Shown piece after piece: positions 46,587 through 55,793 of a stretch of 64,000 nucleotides of DNA. The stretch's first letter is position 1. Each line of letters starts with the position of its first letter. Under the pieces are notes generated by a model. That model was not told where the DNA came from. It made no database searches and worked only from the letters and a program-made list of their open reading frames with translations. Source of the DNA: a virus (Duplodnaviria > Caudoviricetes). The DNA lies in IMG/VR virus record IMGVR_UViG_2895476258_000013, positions 11,634 through 75,633 of that record; one strand, 5' to 3'. Both the position numbers and the translations under genes were made by a program.

Positions 46587-49500
46587 ATGACGGTCAACGA
46601 GCAACTCATGGGGCTCGGTTCCTGGGGCATCACCCTGCGCGAGGAGACCCCGCGCGAGGTCCTCGACCGGCTCGGCTACTTCGGCCACGTCGCCATCGTC
46701 CCGGGCAGGGTGAACCCGGCCGAGTACAACGACACCCTGTTGACGATGGCCAGGTACGTCGGCGTGCTGACGAAGCGGGACTTCGACGACGATAAGCGCA
46801 TCAGCGGCCAGGGCATGGCGCTGTGGCTCGGCGACTCGGACGACAAGGGCGAAGTGTTCGAGAGCCCCGTCTCGATCGTGGGGCAGACGTTCGCGACCAC
46901 CATCACCACTCTCATGTCCGGCTCCACGGCCGTGGTGGTGGGCACCCTGTACTCGGTGGCCGGGAACTACTCAGGGACGCACGTGTGGCAGTCCCGGGGC
47001 AAGGCGATCGACTACGTGTGCCAGACGATGGGCGCCGAGTGGCGGGTCAACGGCAACGCCGCCTTGGACGCCGGGCCGATCGCGAACCTGTACGTCACCA
47101 GCCCGACGTGTGTGGTGGTGCGGAAGGATGCGGGCAAGGACCTGACGTTGACCGGCATCACCGGCGACATGCAGTTGAGCAGGGATGTGGAGGACTTCAC
47201 AACCCGCGTGGTGCTGCTGGCCGAGGGCGAGGGCGAGTCCACCGCTACGGGGTCGGCGAACATCGCGAGCAACCCCTACCTAGACATTCGCGGGAATCCA
47301 GTGAAGCGAGTGCGGCTCGTCTCGGAGTCGTCGACTTCGACGGGGAACGCGCAGGTTAGGGCGCAACTTCAGCTCAACCGGTTCACGGGTACTCGGAATG
47401 CGCTCGGCTTGTCGGCGGATGTCTACGAGGTCCGCGGCTCGTTCCAGTGCGGTGACTACGTGTGGGTGTATGACCCGGACAGCGGGTTGTACGACACGAC
47501 CCAGGAGATCACATTCCGGGGTCAGCGCATCAACCCGACCAAGCTCCGGGTTGTGGGCGCGTCGTGGCCGGTCACAGACCAGATGACGGTCGCGTACCGG
47601 CACCAGGACGGGACGTGGATCGACCTCACCGACTACGTGAATTCGGAGACGGGCTCGACGAAGCTGACCGTGGGGGAGCTGAACCGCAGCCTCACGAACG
47701 CGGGGACCGAGCCGGTCGGGCCGCGACCGATCCCGGACACGACGATCCCGGGTGTCGTGAGCTGGGATCTCCCGTTCACCACGGGCGTCTACCTCGACGG
47801 GTTGGGGAACACGCGGGCGCGGATCCTTGCGTCGTGGCTGCTGCCGTTGAACGCCGACGGGTCCACGATCCTGGATGGTTCGCACTACGAGATCAGATAC
47901 GGGATCAGCCCCGCCACGGACTGGCAGACCGAGTTCGCGCCATGGGGCAGCTTCCAGGCGAACATCCTGGACTTGTCGCCGGGCGTGGACTACGACTTCC
48001 AAATCAGGGCCGTTGATCTCTCCGCCAATCAGGGCGCCTGGTCGGCGACGGAGACTGCGACTGCGAACCCGGACACGATCGCGCCCAGCACCCCGGCACC
48101 GCCCACGGTGGCGGGCAGCCGGTTGGCGATCCAGGTCACGCACACGCTCGGCAAGGCCTCCGGCGGAACCTACAACCTCGAACTCGACCTCGACCATCTT
48201 GAGGTGCACGTCGGCTCGGTCGGGAGCTTCACGCCGGACAGCACCACGCTCAAGGGCGAGGTGCTCGCCAACTCGGGCATGATCCGCGCGCTGATTCCTG
48301 CGGTGGGTACGGTCGACGTGGAGGAGACGACGACCCGGCACGTCAAGGTGATCGCCGTGGACGAGGCGGGCAACAAGAGCAGCCCGTCTACAGCAGCGAC
48401 CGCGACGGCATTGCTGATCGACAACGCGCACATCAGCGATCTGACTGTCACCAAGGTCACGGCCGGGACGGTTAGCGCGAACTGGCTGCTCGGCGCGTCG
48501 ATCAGGACAGCGTCCAGCGGGCAGCGGGTGGAGCTCAACGCAACCGGCCTGCACGGTTTCAACGGTGCCGGGACGGAGCTGGTGACTCTGTCGAACACCG
48601 GCTCATTCACGCTGCGGAGCGCGTCCAGTGGCGCTCGTATCAACCTGGACGGCACGGGCTTCCGGGTGTTCAACTCAAGCGCGGTTGAGACAGTAAGTCT
48701 TCTCGCAACCGGATCGTTTGTAATAAAATCTGCTTCTTCCGGGGCAAGAATAGAACTTGACACTACTGGGTTTGCCGCTTTTAACTCAAGCGGCACACAA
48801 ACAGTAGACATCGATGCAGCGACTGGCGATGTTACGATAACTGGTATTTTCCGTTCAGGGCTGACAGGGAAAAGAATCGAAGTCATCACAACGTCAGGTG
48901 ATCCATTCATCAAGTTTTATGGAAGTTCGTCGGGTACCGACTTCGCCTACATGGCTTATGCTCAATCCATTGTCAATGCAAATCATCCCGCTGTCGTCAT
49001 GGGCTCATCGACTGGGCTATCTAATCCCGGCGCTGTTATTGTTGATAGCGGAAAAGTTCACGCGATTATTAATCCAGGGGTGAGCGGGTCAGAGGCTGGA
49101 TTGATTGCATTGACGGGCTATGCAGAACTCAGGACGCCGACTTCAACAATTCAGGTTGGAGATCCAAATATATTTCTTAATGCTCCTAACGGAAATGTTA
49201 GAGTTGTCTCGTCAACTGGTTTTGAGGTCAATGGCGTAACGAAGAACTTTATTATTGATCACCCGGCAGAAGGGGATCGTTATCTTATTCACGGTTGCAC
49301 AGAGTCTCCGCACAACGGCGTCGAGTACTGGGGCACCGCCACCCTCGACGACCTCGGCGTGGCCGAGGTGGAACTGCCGCGATACTTTGAGGCGCTCACC
49401 GCTTATGAAGGCCGCGCCGTCCTGCTCACCGGTATTGGTGAGCACCTGCTGCTGGCGTCCGCCACGTACCCGAAGGATGGCCGGTTCTGCGTGCACGGTG

Positions 49501-49646
49501 TCGCTGGCCAGCGGGTCGCCTGGCTCGTCAAGGCCATCCGCAAGGATGTGCCGCCAGTGCTGGTCGAACCGCGCCGCGATGAGGTGATCGTGCGCGGTGA
49601 CGGACCTTACCGCTACTACACGATCAAGGAAGCCGCGCATGACTGA
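46587..49646 (+). CDS. Tail tip/host-specificity protein (FN3-like domain, repeats, chaperone-like C-terminus)
   Basis: About 1019 aa; LSPGVDYDFQIRAVD FN3-like; SASSGARI repeats; KNFIIDHP...TESP C-terminal domain. Confidence 0.8.
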   Translation: MTVNEQLMGLGSWGITLREETPREVLDRLGYFGHVAIVPGRVNPAEYNDTLLTMARYVGVLTKRDFDDDKRISGQGMALWLGDSDDKGEVFESPVSIVGQTFATTITTLMSGSTAVVVGTLYSVAGNYSGTHVWQSRGKAIDYVCQTMGAEWRVNGNAALDAGPIANLYVTSPTCVVVRKDAGKDLTLTGITGDMQLSRDVEDFTTRVVLLAEGEGESTATGSANIASNPYLDIRGNPVKRVRLVSESSTSTGNAQVRAQLQLNRFTGTRNALGLSADVYEVRGSFQCGDYVWVYDPDSGLYDTTQEITFRGQRINPTKLRVVGASWPVTDQMTVAYRHQDGTWIDLTDYVNSETGSTKLTVGELNRSLTNAGTEPVGPRPIPDTTIPGVVSWDLPFTTGVYLDGLGNTRARILASWLLPLNADGSTILDGSHYEIRYGISPATDWQTEFAPWGSFQANILDLSPGVDYDFQIRAVDLSANQGAWSATETATANPDTIAPSTPAPPTVAGSRLAIQVTHTLGKASGGTYNLELDLDHLEVHVGSVGSFTPDSTTLKGEVLANSGMIRALIPAVGTVDVEETTTRHVKVIAVDEAGNKSSPSTAATATALLIDNAHISDLTVTKVTAGTVSANWLLGASIRTASSGQRVELNATGLHGFNGAGTELVTLSNTGSFTLRSASSGARINLDGTGFRVFNSSAVETVSLLATGSFVIKSASSGARIELDTTGFAAFNSSGTQTVDIDAATGDVTITGIFRSGLTGKRIEVITTSGDPFIKFYGSSSGTDFAYMAYAQSIVNANHPAVVMGSSTGLSNPGAVIVDSGKVHAIINPGVSGSEAGLIALTGYAELRTPTSTIQVGDPNIFLNAPNGNVRVVSSTGFEVNGVTKNFIIDHPAEGDRYLIHGCTESPHNGVEYWGTATLDDLGVAEVELPRYFEALTAYEGRAVLLTGIGEHLLLASATYPKDGRFCVHGVAGQRVAWLVKAIRKDVPPVLVEPRRDEVIVRGDGPYRYYTIKEAAHD

Positions 49647-49830
49647 CCAACCGCTTTCCGTCCCCTTCGAGCCCTACGCCCAAGCCCTCGCAGAGCAGCG
49701 CAACCAGGCGCTCGACCAGGTGGCCCAGTTGCAGGCCGTTGTCCACCAACTCCAGGTGGACAACGAGCGGCTTACGGCTGAGAACAAGAAGCTCCGCGCA
49801 GAGAAAGACGGCCCATTCGGCGACTCCTGA
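49639..49830 (+). CDS. Small coiled-coil protein
   Basis: ALAEQRNQALDQVAQLQA...; RBS AAGGA. Confidence 0.7.
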   Translation: MTDQPLSVPFEPYAQALAEQRNQALDQVAQLQAVVHQLQVDNERLTAENKKLRAEKDGPFGDS

Positions 49831-49834
49831 CCTC

Positions 49835-49999
49835 TCACCGATGCTTGGTGATTGTGGTCCGCTTGCGGCGCCGGTTCCAGATCCACGGCCAAGCCATCCC
49901 CATGGTGAACGTCATCCACATGATGTCGCCGAGCGTCCACGCAGGTTTCGTCGTCGACCTGCCGACGTTCCGCACCTCTAGCGGCTTGTCCTGTCCCAT
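49835..49999 (-). CDS. Small antisense membrane protein (moron)
   Basis: RBS AGGAGG; WTLGDIMWMTFTMGMAWPWIW then RRRKR. Confidence 0.65.
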   Translation of the reverse strand: MGQDKPLEVRNVGRSTTKPAWTLGDIMWMTFTMGMAWPWIWNRRRKRTTITKHR

Positions 50000-50168
50000 C
50001 TGGTGTGGCCTCCTGCCGTAGCGCCCGGGAATGGTGTGACGCCTCAAGCATGCTCCCGGTTGACGCGCTTCGCCTGTCCACATCCGGACACCCACGATCG
50101 GTGCCGCCCGTCTTGTTGAGGGTGCTCGGCGGGCGGCACCCACTACCTACACCACGGCGAGGAGCGAT

Positions 50169-50492
50169 GTGGCTGATGAGCCGTCTCTGGGTGAGCTGTC
50201 TCGCCGGATTGACCACATGACGGCGATGCTGGGGCAGCTCGTGCAGCGGGCGGAGTACACCGCGGACCGGCGCTACGACGACCGAAGGTTCGCTGAGATC
50301 GAGGCCGACCTCGCCGAGCTGCGCCGCACGTGGACGGACGAGCTGAAGGCGTTGAAGGCTAGCATCGACGCCGCCACCGAGAAGCGCGGCACCAACGTCA
50401 GGCAGGCCGTCTACGCAGGTCTCATCCCTGCCGTGCTGGTGTTGATCGGCATCATTGTGCAGGTCTGGCTCGCCTCGAAAGGCGGGTCCTGA
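50169..50492 (+). CDS. Lysis-cassette coiled-coil protein with C-terminal TM
   Basis: EPSLGELSRRID...; C-terminal GLIPAVLVLIGIIVQVWL. Confidence 0.75.
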   Translation: MADEPSLGELSRRIDHMTAMLGQLVQRAEYTADRRYDDRRFAEIEADLAELRRTWTDELKALKASIDAATEKRGTNVRQAVYAGLIPAVLVLIGIIVQVWLASKGGS

Positions 50493-51145
50493 TGGGTGAG
50501 CACGTACGGCTCGCGCGCCGCAACTGGCTGGTCATCGCTACCGCCGTTGTGGTCGCTCTGCTCGGACTATGGGCTTCGGTCCAGATCGGCGCTCTCGGCG
50601 AGCAGCTGCGCAAGTCAGAGGAGAACCAGGAGGTGCTTTCCGACCAGGTGGAGCGCCTCGGTGGGGAGCCTCTCGTGTCGCCATCTGTTGGCCCTCCCGG
50701 TGAGCGCGGTGAACCAGGCCGGGCCCCGACTGCTGCGGAAATCTCCGCCGCGGTGTCCGCCTACCTGGCCGCGCATCCGCCGGCGGGTGGCAGGGCGCCC
50801 ACATCGAGCGAGATCGCCGCGGCGGTAACGGCGTACCTGAAGGACCATCCGCCCGCCCGCGGGCCTGCTGGCTTTGCGGGGAGCCCGGGGCCTCGCGGTG
50901 AGCCCGGAGAGACCGTTACTGGCCCGCCGGGGGCCAAGGGCGAAGACGGCGTCGACGGTAAAGACGGCAAGGACTCGACCGTTCCCGGACCTCAGGGTGA
51001 GCGCGGCCCGCCGCCGTCCGCCGAACAGATCTCCGACGCCGTCGACGCGTGGCTGAAGGCCAACCCCATCTACTGCTACCCGCCCGACCCGCCTGGCCAG
51101 GTCACAGGCAAGCCATGGCGATGCACAGCCGTCGCACCGTCTTGA
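50492..51145 (+). CDS. Membrane-anchored collagen-like protein
   Basis: N-terminal TM, coiled coil, Gly-X-Y runs, three EI.AAV.AYL..HP repeats. Confidence 0.8.
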   Translation: MGEHVRLARRNWLVIATAVVVALLGLWASVQIGALGEQLRKSEENQEVLSDQVERLGGEPLVSPSVGPPGERGEPGRAPTAAEISAAVSAYLAAHPPAGGRAPTSSEIAAAVTAYLKDHPPARGPAGFAGSPGPRGEPGETVTGPPGAKGEDGVDGKDGKDSTVPGPQGERGPPPSAEQISDAVDAWLKANPIYCYPPDPPGQVTGKPWRCTAVAPS

Positions 51146-51158
51146 AAAGGAGGCCAGC

Positions 51159-51956
51159 GTGCCATACCTGACACAGCTCGCGAAGGTGGCCCGCCGTACC
51201 GGCTGCCCGGTGACTGAGGTGTCCGGCTGGAAGACTCGCGGACACGGGCCTCAGCCCGAGGTCGACGGCGTCGTCTGCCACCACACCGCCGGCTGGAATG
51301 ACATGCACGTGGTCCGCGACGGCCGACCGGGTCTTGACGGGCCGCTGTCGCACATCTGGCTACGCCGCGACGGACGGATCTTCATCGTTGCTGCGGGTCG
51401 GTGCTGGCACAACGCGCCGAGTCTGTCGCTGGGCCACACCAACAGCCGCTCGATCGGTATCGAGGCGGAGAACGACGGCCGGACGGCGTGGCCCAAGGTG
51501 CAGTTGGACGCCTACAAGCGGCTGTGTGCGGAGCTGTGCCGCGAGTTCGGGCTGCCGGTGTCGACGGTGAAGGGCCACAAGGAGGTCAACTCCTCCAAGC
51601 CGGACCCGCACTCGATCAACATGACCAGCTTTCGCAAGGACGTCGCCGCGTTGCTCAAGGGTGAGCCCGCGGCGCCGGCCCTCACGTGGACGGAGAAGCT
51701 CGTGAAGGACCTACCCGTGCTCCGCCCCAAAGACGACAACTACGACGTCAAGACGGCCAGGAGCGCACTCTTCGCCCGCGGCTACCTCCCCGAGGCCGTC
51801 TACGCCACCGTGGGGCTGCAGGCATGGCTGGAGCGGACCAAGTACGACGACGAATTCGCGGGCCTCATCAAGGGCTTCCAGAAGCTGAAGAAGCTCGACG
51901 CGGATTGCCTGATCGGCCCCGACACCTGGCGAGCCCTGCTGACGGCCTCCAGATGA
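51159..51956 (+). CDS. Endolysin: N-acetylmuramoyl-L-alanine amidase plus peptidoglycan-binding domain
   Basis: VVCHHTAG, GRCWHNA, SIGIEAEN, VKGHKE, KPDP; FQKLKKLDADCLIGPDTW. Confidence 0.92.
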   Translation: MPYLTQLAKVARRTGCPVTEVSGWKTRGHGPQPEVDGVVCHHTAGWNDMHVVRDGRPGLDGPLSHIWLRRDGRIFIVAAGRCWHNAPSLSLGHTNSRSIGIEAENDGRTAWPKVQLDAYKRLCAELCREFGLPVSTVKGHKEVNSSKPDPHSINMTSFRKDVAALLKGEPAAPALTWTEKLVKDLPVLRPKDDNYDVKTARSALFARGYLPEAVYATVGLQAWLERTKYDDEFAGLIKGFQKLKKLDADCLIGPDTWRALLTASR

Positions 51957-52081
51957 GCGACGGCCTGTTCGCCCTCTGGTGGCCGTGGCCGTACCAAGAA
52001 CGCCTCCCCGTGGCATCCATGCCGGCGGAGGAGATCGAGCCCGGGGAGCGCATCCCTGGGCTCATCGACGAGTGCAACTGA
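51953..52081 (+). CDS. Small hypothetical peptide
   Basis: ATGA overlap with endolysin stop; 42 aa. Confidence 0.4.
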   Translation: MSDGLFALWWPWPYQERLPVASMPAEEIEPGERIPGLIDECN

Positions 52082-52167
52082 CCGCGAGACCACGTTCTCG
52101 CCCTGGGCGGTCCTGCCGGATGCAGGGCCGCCCTTCGCATGTCCCCTGATAGGAAGAGCATCCTCGA

Positions 52168-52701
52168 ATGCGCATCAACAAGAGCGCGACCCTCGCCGCC
52201 GGCGTTCTCATCGCGGCGAGCATGACCACCGGTACGGCGTCGGCTGCTGCCGCGCCCGGCGTGGGCGACCTCAAGATTGTGGAGGTCGGTACGGACGCGA
52301 TGGGCAGCGACACGTTCGCTAACCGGAACCGCGAGTTCGTCACCTTCAAGAACGACACCGCCGCCGCGATCGACATCGATGGTGTGGTCGTTCAGGACAA
52401 CTGGTCGAAGAACAACCCGAGCCCGCACACCTGCAACAAGTACGTGATCACCGGCCTGCCCGGTCAGGGCTCCGGCGCGATGCTCGGCGTGGGCGAGACC
52501 GTGACCGTCTTCAACGGCAGCAGGTGGGGCGGCAACTACAAGAACGGCAGCGAGTACCGGCTGTACGCGCGAAGCGACGTGGACTGCGGCACCGCCGGCC
52601 ACTTCCTGAACAACGACGCCGACTCTGTCTGGGTGACCGCGGGCGTTACCGCGGTCGACAGCAAGTCGTGGGACTGGAACGGCGGCTACACCGTCAAGTA
52701 G
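52168..52701 (+). CDS. Secreted lamin-tail-domain (LTD)-like protein
   Basis: Signal peptide ending ASAAAA; NREFVTFKN...IDIDG.V.D...GETVTV...FLNNDAD. Confidence 0.7.
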   Translation: MRINKSATLAAGVLIAASMTTGTASAAAAPGVGDLKIVEVGTDAMGSDTFANRNREFVTFKNDTAAAIDIDGVVVQDNWSKNNPSPHTCNKYVITGLPGQGSGAMLGVGETVTVFNGSRWGGNYKNGSEYRLYARSDVDCGTAGHFLNNDADSVWVTAGVTAVDSKSWDWNGGYTVK

Positions 52702-52710
52702 GAGGCTGTC

Positions 52711-53061
52711 ATGAAGAAGGTCACCATCTTCGGCCAAGAGCCTGCGATGATCCTCGGGGCCGTCAACGCCCTGGTCGCGCTCGTGGTCGCATACGGCCTG
52801 GATCTGTCGCAGGTGCAGACAGCGGCTATCTCGACGGTGGCGAGTGGCGTCTTGGCCATCGCTGTCGCGGTGATGACGCGCCCGGTCGTCGTTTCCGCGC
52901 TGACGGGTGCGGTGTCCACGGTGATGGCCGCGGTCGCCGGGTTCGGGCTGGAGTTCACCGCGGACCAGATCGGCGCCACCGTCACGGTCCTGTCGATCGT
53001 GCTGGCGCTGGTGCTGCGGGCGAACGTGACCCCTGTGTCCGGGCCGGTGCAGCCTCAGTAA
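52711..53061 (+). CDS. Holin
   Basis: IFGQEPA N-terminus, several TM segments, RANVTP C-terminus; RBS AGGAGG. Confidence 0.8.
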   Translation: MKKVTIFGQEPAMILGAVNALVALVVAYGLDLSQVQTAAISTVASGVLAIAVAVMTRPVVVSALTGAVSTVMAAVAGFGLEFTADQIGATVTVLSIVLALVLRANVTPVSGPVQPQ

Positions 53062-53137
53062 CTGGAGTCCGTTTCGTCCGCTTTCCCGGATCCGGGAAGT
53101 CGTCTGAGCTGGCTCTTTGCCAGTTGGGGCAATAAGT

Positions 53138-53177
53138 AGCCCGCTCTCCCTTCGGGGAGGGCGGGCTTCTTTGCTTT
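53138..53177 (+). terminator. Rho-independent terminator ending the late operon
   Basis: AGCCCGCTCTCCC-ttcg-GGGAGGGCGGGCT then TCTTTGCTTT. Confidence 0.85.
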
Positions 53178-53183
53178 GTACGG

Positions 53184-53936
53184 CTACTGATCCGCGACGG
53201 AGCAATGGAGCGCTAGGCGCATCCGCACTTCGCTGCGCGTGTAACCGCCACCAGCCTCCGACGCAGCGGAGAGCAACATGTCCAGCTCCGGCCTCGTCCG
53301 GCGCTGATACATGATGGTGCTCTTCGCTATCCCGAGAGTCTGACAGGCGGCACCCAGAGTGGATCCCTCCCGTAGTGCCTCAAGGAGCGGGCGGAGTTGG
53401 TCAGCCTCGTGGCGGACGAGCGCCCGATCAACGTTGGCGGCGAAGGCCGGGTGCTGTTGCATATGCCTGTGGACTGTCGAGCGTTCTACTCCAACGGCTG
53501 CGGCGGCAAGGCTGATTCGACCAAGCCGGGCTACAGCATCAACGCAAGCTGAATGCCATGGGGCCTCGGATAGCGTCTGAGTGCGCTCTTGGCGTGCTCG
53601 CTCCGCGTTCCAGGCCCGGCAGTCGGGGCATCGGCAGCGGCGATCCTTGTAGCTGTACTCGGTCCCGTGAGAGTGCGATTCGTCTCGCGTAACCAGCAGC
53701 ACAAGATCGAGGTCACGCCGCCATAGCCGATCCCAGCGCGCCCTCGACAACACCTGCTGAGTGGTCACCCCCAGGTCTGCGGCGGCTTCGCCCAGAGGAA
53801 CGCCACGCGCGAGCGCCACCAGCAGCAATGTCTGAGCCTCGTGGGGAAAGTCGCGGTCTGCCTGCTGCTGGCGCCTGCGCCGCTCCTGCTCGGCGTGCAG
53901 CCGCTTCTCTGCGCCCGTCCGAGCAGGCTTCGTCAT
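53184..53936 (-). CDS. Multi-HTH protein with CxCxxC zinc motif
   Basis: Three HTH-like segments; HGTEYSY...CRCPDC. Confidence 0.7.
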   Translation of the reverse strand: MTKPARTGAEKRLHAEQERRRRQQQADRDFPHEAQTLLLVALARGVPLGEAAADLGVTTQQVLSRARWDRLWRRDLDLVLLVTRDESHSHGTEYSYKDRRCRCPDCRAWNAERARQERTQTLSEAPWHSACVDAVARLGRISLAAAAVGVERSTVHRHMQQHPAFAANVDRALVRHEADQLRPLLEALREGSTLGAACQTLGIAKSTIMYQRRTRPELDMLLSAASEAGGGYTRSEVRMRLALHCSVADQ

Positions 53937-54466
53937 GGGAGCGCTGGGAGCGAAGCGTCGGTGTTCCCTCGCGAGAGCGTGTCCAGCACTGCGAGTGCCT
54001 GGATGCGACTCCATCCCCGGCACGCCTGCGCCAGCGCCGCCTGCTCAACACCCTCGGGCAACTCGTCGGGGTCGATGTCCTCGACTTCCTGTGCGAGCAA
54101 CTCGCCGGGATTGTGTAGCCATGTCGCGTCCACAACGGTCGAGCGGACGAGGTGCCGCAAGACCTGCCAGAGGGCGCCGGGCATTGGCTCCAGGTCGGCC
54201 AATTCCAGTGCGAACAGCCGTTCCAGCAGCTCATCGGCCTCGGGCAGAAAACCGGGCCGATCGAGGCCACGGGCACGAGCGATGGCCTTGTCCACCTCGC
54301 CGACGCTGATGCCCAGCAAATCGGCGGCATGCTGGCGTCCGCCTCGGCCGTACTCCTCCACCCCTTTGAGGATCCATCGGGACCGGTCATCGGCGGCGCG
54401 CGTACGGGCAACCTCGCCCCGGGCCTTGGCCGCTTCTGCGTGGGCGAACCAATCGGGCGTCGTCAC
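53933..54466 (-). CDS. HTH-containing hypothetical protein
   Basis: GTG at 54466 with RBS GGAG; RQHAADLLGISVGEVDKAI. Confidence 0.7.
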   Translation of the reverse strand: MTTPDWFAHAEAAKARGEVARTRAADDRSRWILKGVEEYGRGGRQHAADLLGISVGEVDKAIARARGLDRPGFLPEADELLERLFALELADLEPMPGALWQVLRHLVRSTVVDATWLHNPGELLAQEVEDIDPDELPEGVEQAALAQACRGWSRIQALAVLDTLSRGNTDASLPALP

Positions 54467-54798
54467 TTCGTCTCCTCCACAGTGCTGAGCGTCTCGGCCT
54501 CGATCTCGTCGAACCGTTCGGTGACCGCGTTGCTGGCCTGCTCCAGCAGCTCGTCTAATTCCAGCCCTTCCAGGGTGGCGTCGATGGGGCCGTGGATCTC
54601 GCTGAGATGCGGGAACCAGTGGCAGTCGTCGGGCAGCAGGTTGTCGAACTCGCGCTCCTGGGCGTCCATCAGCGCTTCGGCGAGGGCGCCCTGCTGGTCG
54701 TCGGTGTATTCGCCGTTGTTGATGTAGCTCATCCAGCCGTCGACCTGGTAGTCGCGGCCGAGCGTGTAGTTCCTGGCGAGGACGGTCGTGGTGGTCAT
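54463..54798 (-). CDS. Highly acidic small protein
   Basis: 26 D/E vs 5 K/R in 111 aa; RBS AGGAG. Confidence 0.7.
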   Translation of the reverse strand: MTTTTVLARNYTLGRDYQVDGWMSYINNGEYTDDQQGALAEALMDAQEREFDNLLPDDCHWFPHLSEIHGPIDATLEGLELDELLEQASNAVTERFDEIEAETLSTVEETK

Positions 54799-54825
54799 GG
54801 AGGACTCCTAGGTGGTGGTGGAGGG

Positions 54826-55317
54826 TTAGAGGGCGGCGATGGCGGCGCGGACGCCGGAGACGATGGCCTGCCACACCTCGGCGGGGGTGGCGACCCGGGA
54901 CTCGCTGTAGCCGTAGCGGCAGTGGAGCTTGCCGGTGGCGGCGTCGAACCACACCTGGTCGATGCTGGCGAGCAGCTTGTACGCCTGGCTGTTGGAGATG
55001 GTCTCGCCCTGGTAGGTGGCGCCGGAGATGTTGCCGGTGTTGTAGTGGCTGGTCTCGATCCCGGCGAGGGCGGCCCAGTCGTTGAGGTAGACGCGGTCGT
55101 GGCCGTTCTTGATCCAGCGGTTGCCGCCGATCGCGGTCATCGTCTCGATGGAGAAGACGGTCTTCTTGGCGGTGAGGGAGATGCGGCGGGCGAGGGAGGC
55201 GGCTTCGATGACCCACCGGCCGGCGACCTTGGCGGCGGCGACGGCGCCGTACCGGCACCAGTGCCGGATGGTGGCGACGGTGACGCTGGCCTGGGTGGCG
55301 GCGGTGGTGGTGTCCAT
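54826..55317 (-). CDS. N-terminal HTH (excisionase-like) fused to unknown domain
   Basis: TTAAATQASVTVATIRHWCRYGAVAAAKVAGRWVI. Confidence 0.75.
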   Translation of the reverse strand: MDTTTAATQASVTVATIRHWCRYGAVAAAKVAGRWVIEAASLARRISLTAKKTVFSIETMTAIGGNRWIKNGHDRVYLNDWAALAGIETSHYNTGNISGATYQGETISNSQAYKLLASIDQVWFDAATGKLHCRYGYSESRVATPAEVWQAIVSGVRAAIAAL

Positions 55318-55354
55318 CTCGGCTTCCTCTCTGGTGCGTTCTCCCTACGCACAT

Positions 55355-55401
55355 AACTATGCCCTACCCCATAAGGTTTGTCTATGGGGTAGGGCATAGT
55401 T
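55355..55401 (-). promoter_or_regulatory. 19-bp perfect inverted repeat operator over leftward promoter
   Basis: AACTATGCCCTACCCCATA (55355-73) N9 TATGGGGTAGGGCATAGTT (55383-401); minus strand TAGACA N17 CATAGT. Confidence 0.75.
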
Positions 55402-55477
55402 TTTGGCGGACTGCCCCGGTCCTCTGCTCGTACGGGTGTTCGGTCTAGGATCCCCTCGAACCACGAACGGGGAGACC

Positions 55478-55747
55478 ATGGCAGACCTACCTGACGACCT
55501 GATCCAACTCCGGCGCGACTTCCTGGCCGCCCAAGGCCGCCTCGCCGCCGCTGGTCGAGTGCTGCCCTCACACGCTGCCGTCGTCGCGGGAGAAGCCGAA
55601 CCAGCCACGCCCGAGCAGCATCAGGCGTGGCAGACCGCGCAGGCGGAATGCCGCCGCCTAGCCGTAGCCATCCAGGAGCACTCGCACTGGGAGGAGACTC
55701 CTGACCGTAAAGCGGCACGTACAGCGCTGGACGCGATCCAGACGTGA
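55478..55747 (+). CDS. Hypothetical helical protein
   Basis: RBS GGGGAG; divergent from HTH cassette. Confidence 0.65.
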   Translation: MADLPDDLIQLRRDFLAAQGRLAAAGRVLPSHAAVVAGEAEPATPEQHQAWQTAQAECRRLAVAIQEHSHWEETPDRKAARTALDAIQT

Positions 55748-55751
55748 AGAC

Positions 55752-55777
55752 GCCCCGGCCTCAACAGAGACCGGGGC
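55752..55777. terminator. Stem-loop between convergent genes
   Basis: GCCCCGG...CCGGGGC. Confidence 0.5.
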
Positions 55778-55793
55778 TTGCTCAGGGTGCTGG

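Noticed and set aside
46587-49646. Diversity-generating retroelement acting on the tail tip
   Set aside because: No reverse transcriptase and no TR/VR pair with adenine-specific mismatches found in the window
53933-55354. Single 473-aa ORF
   Set aside because: Upstream part is an off-frame shadow of 54463..54798 and 54826..55317; real start is GTG 54466 with its own RBS
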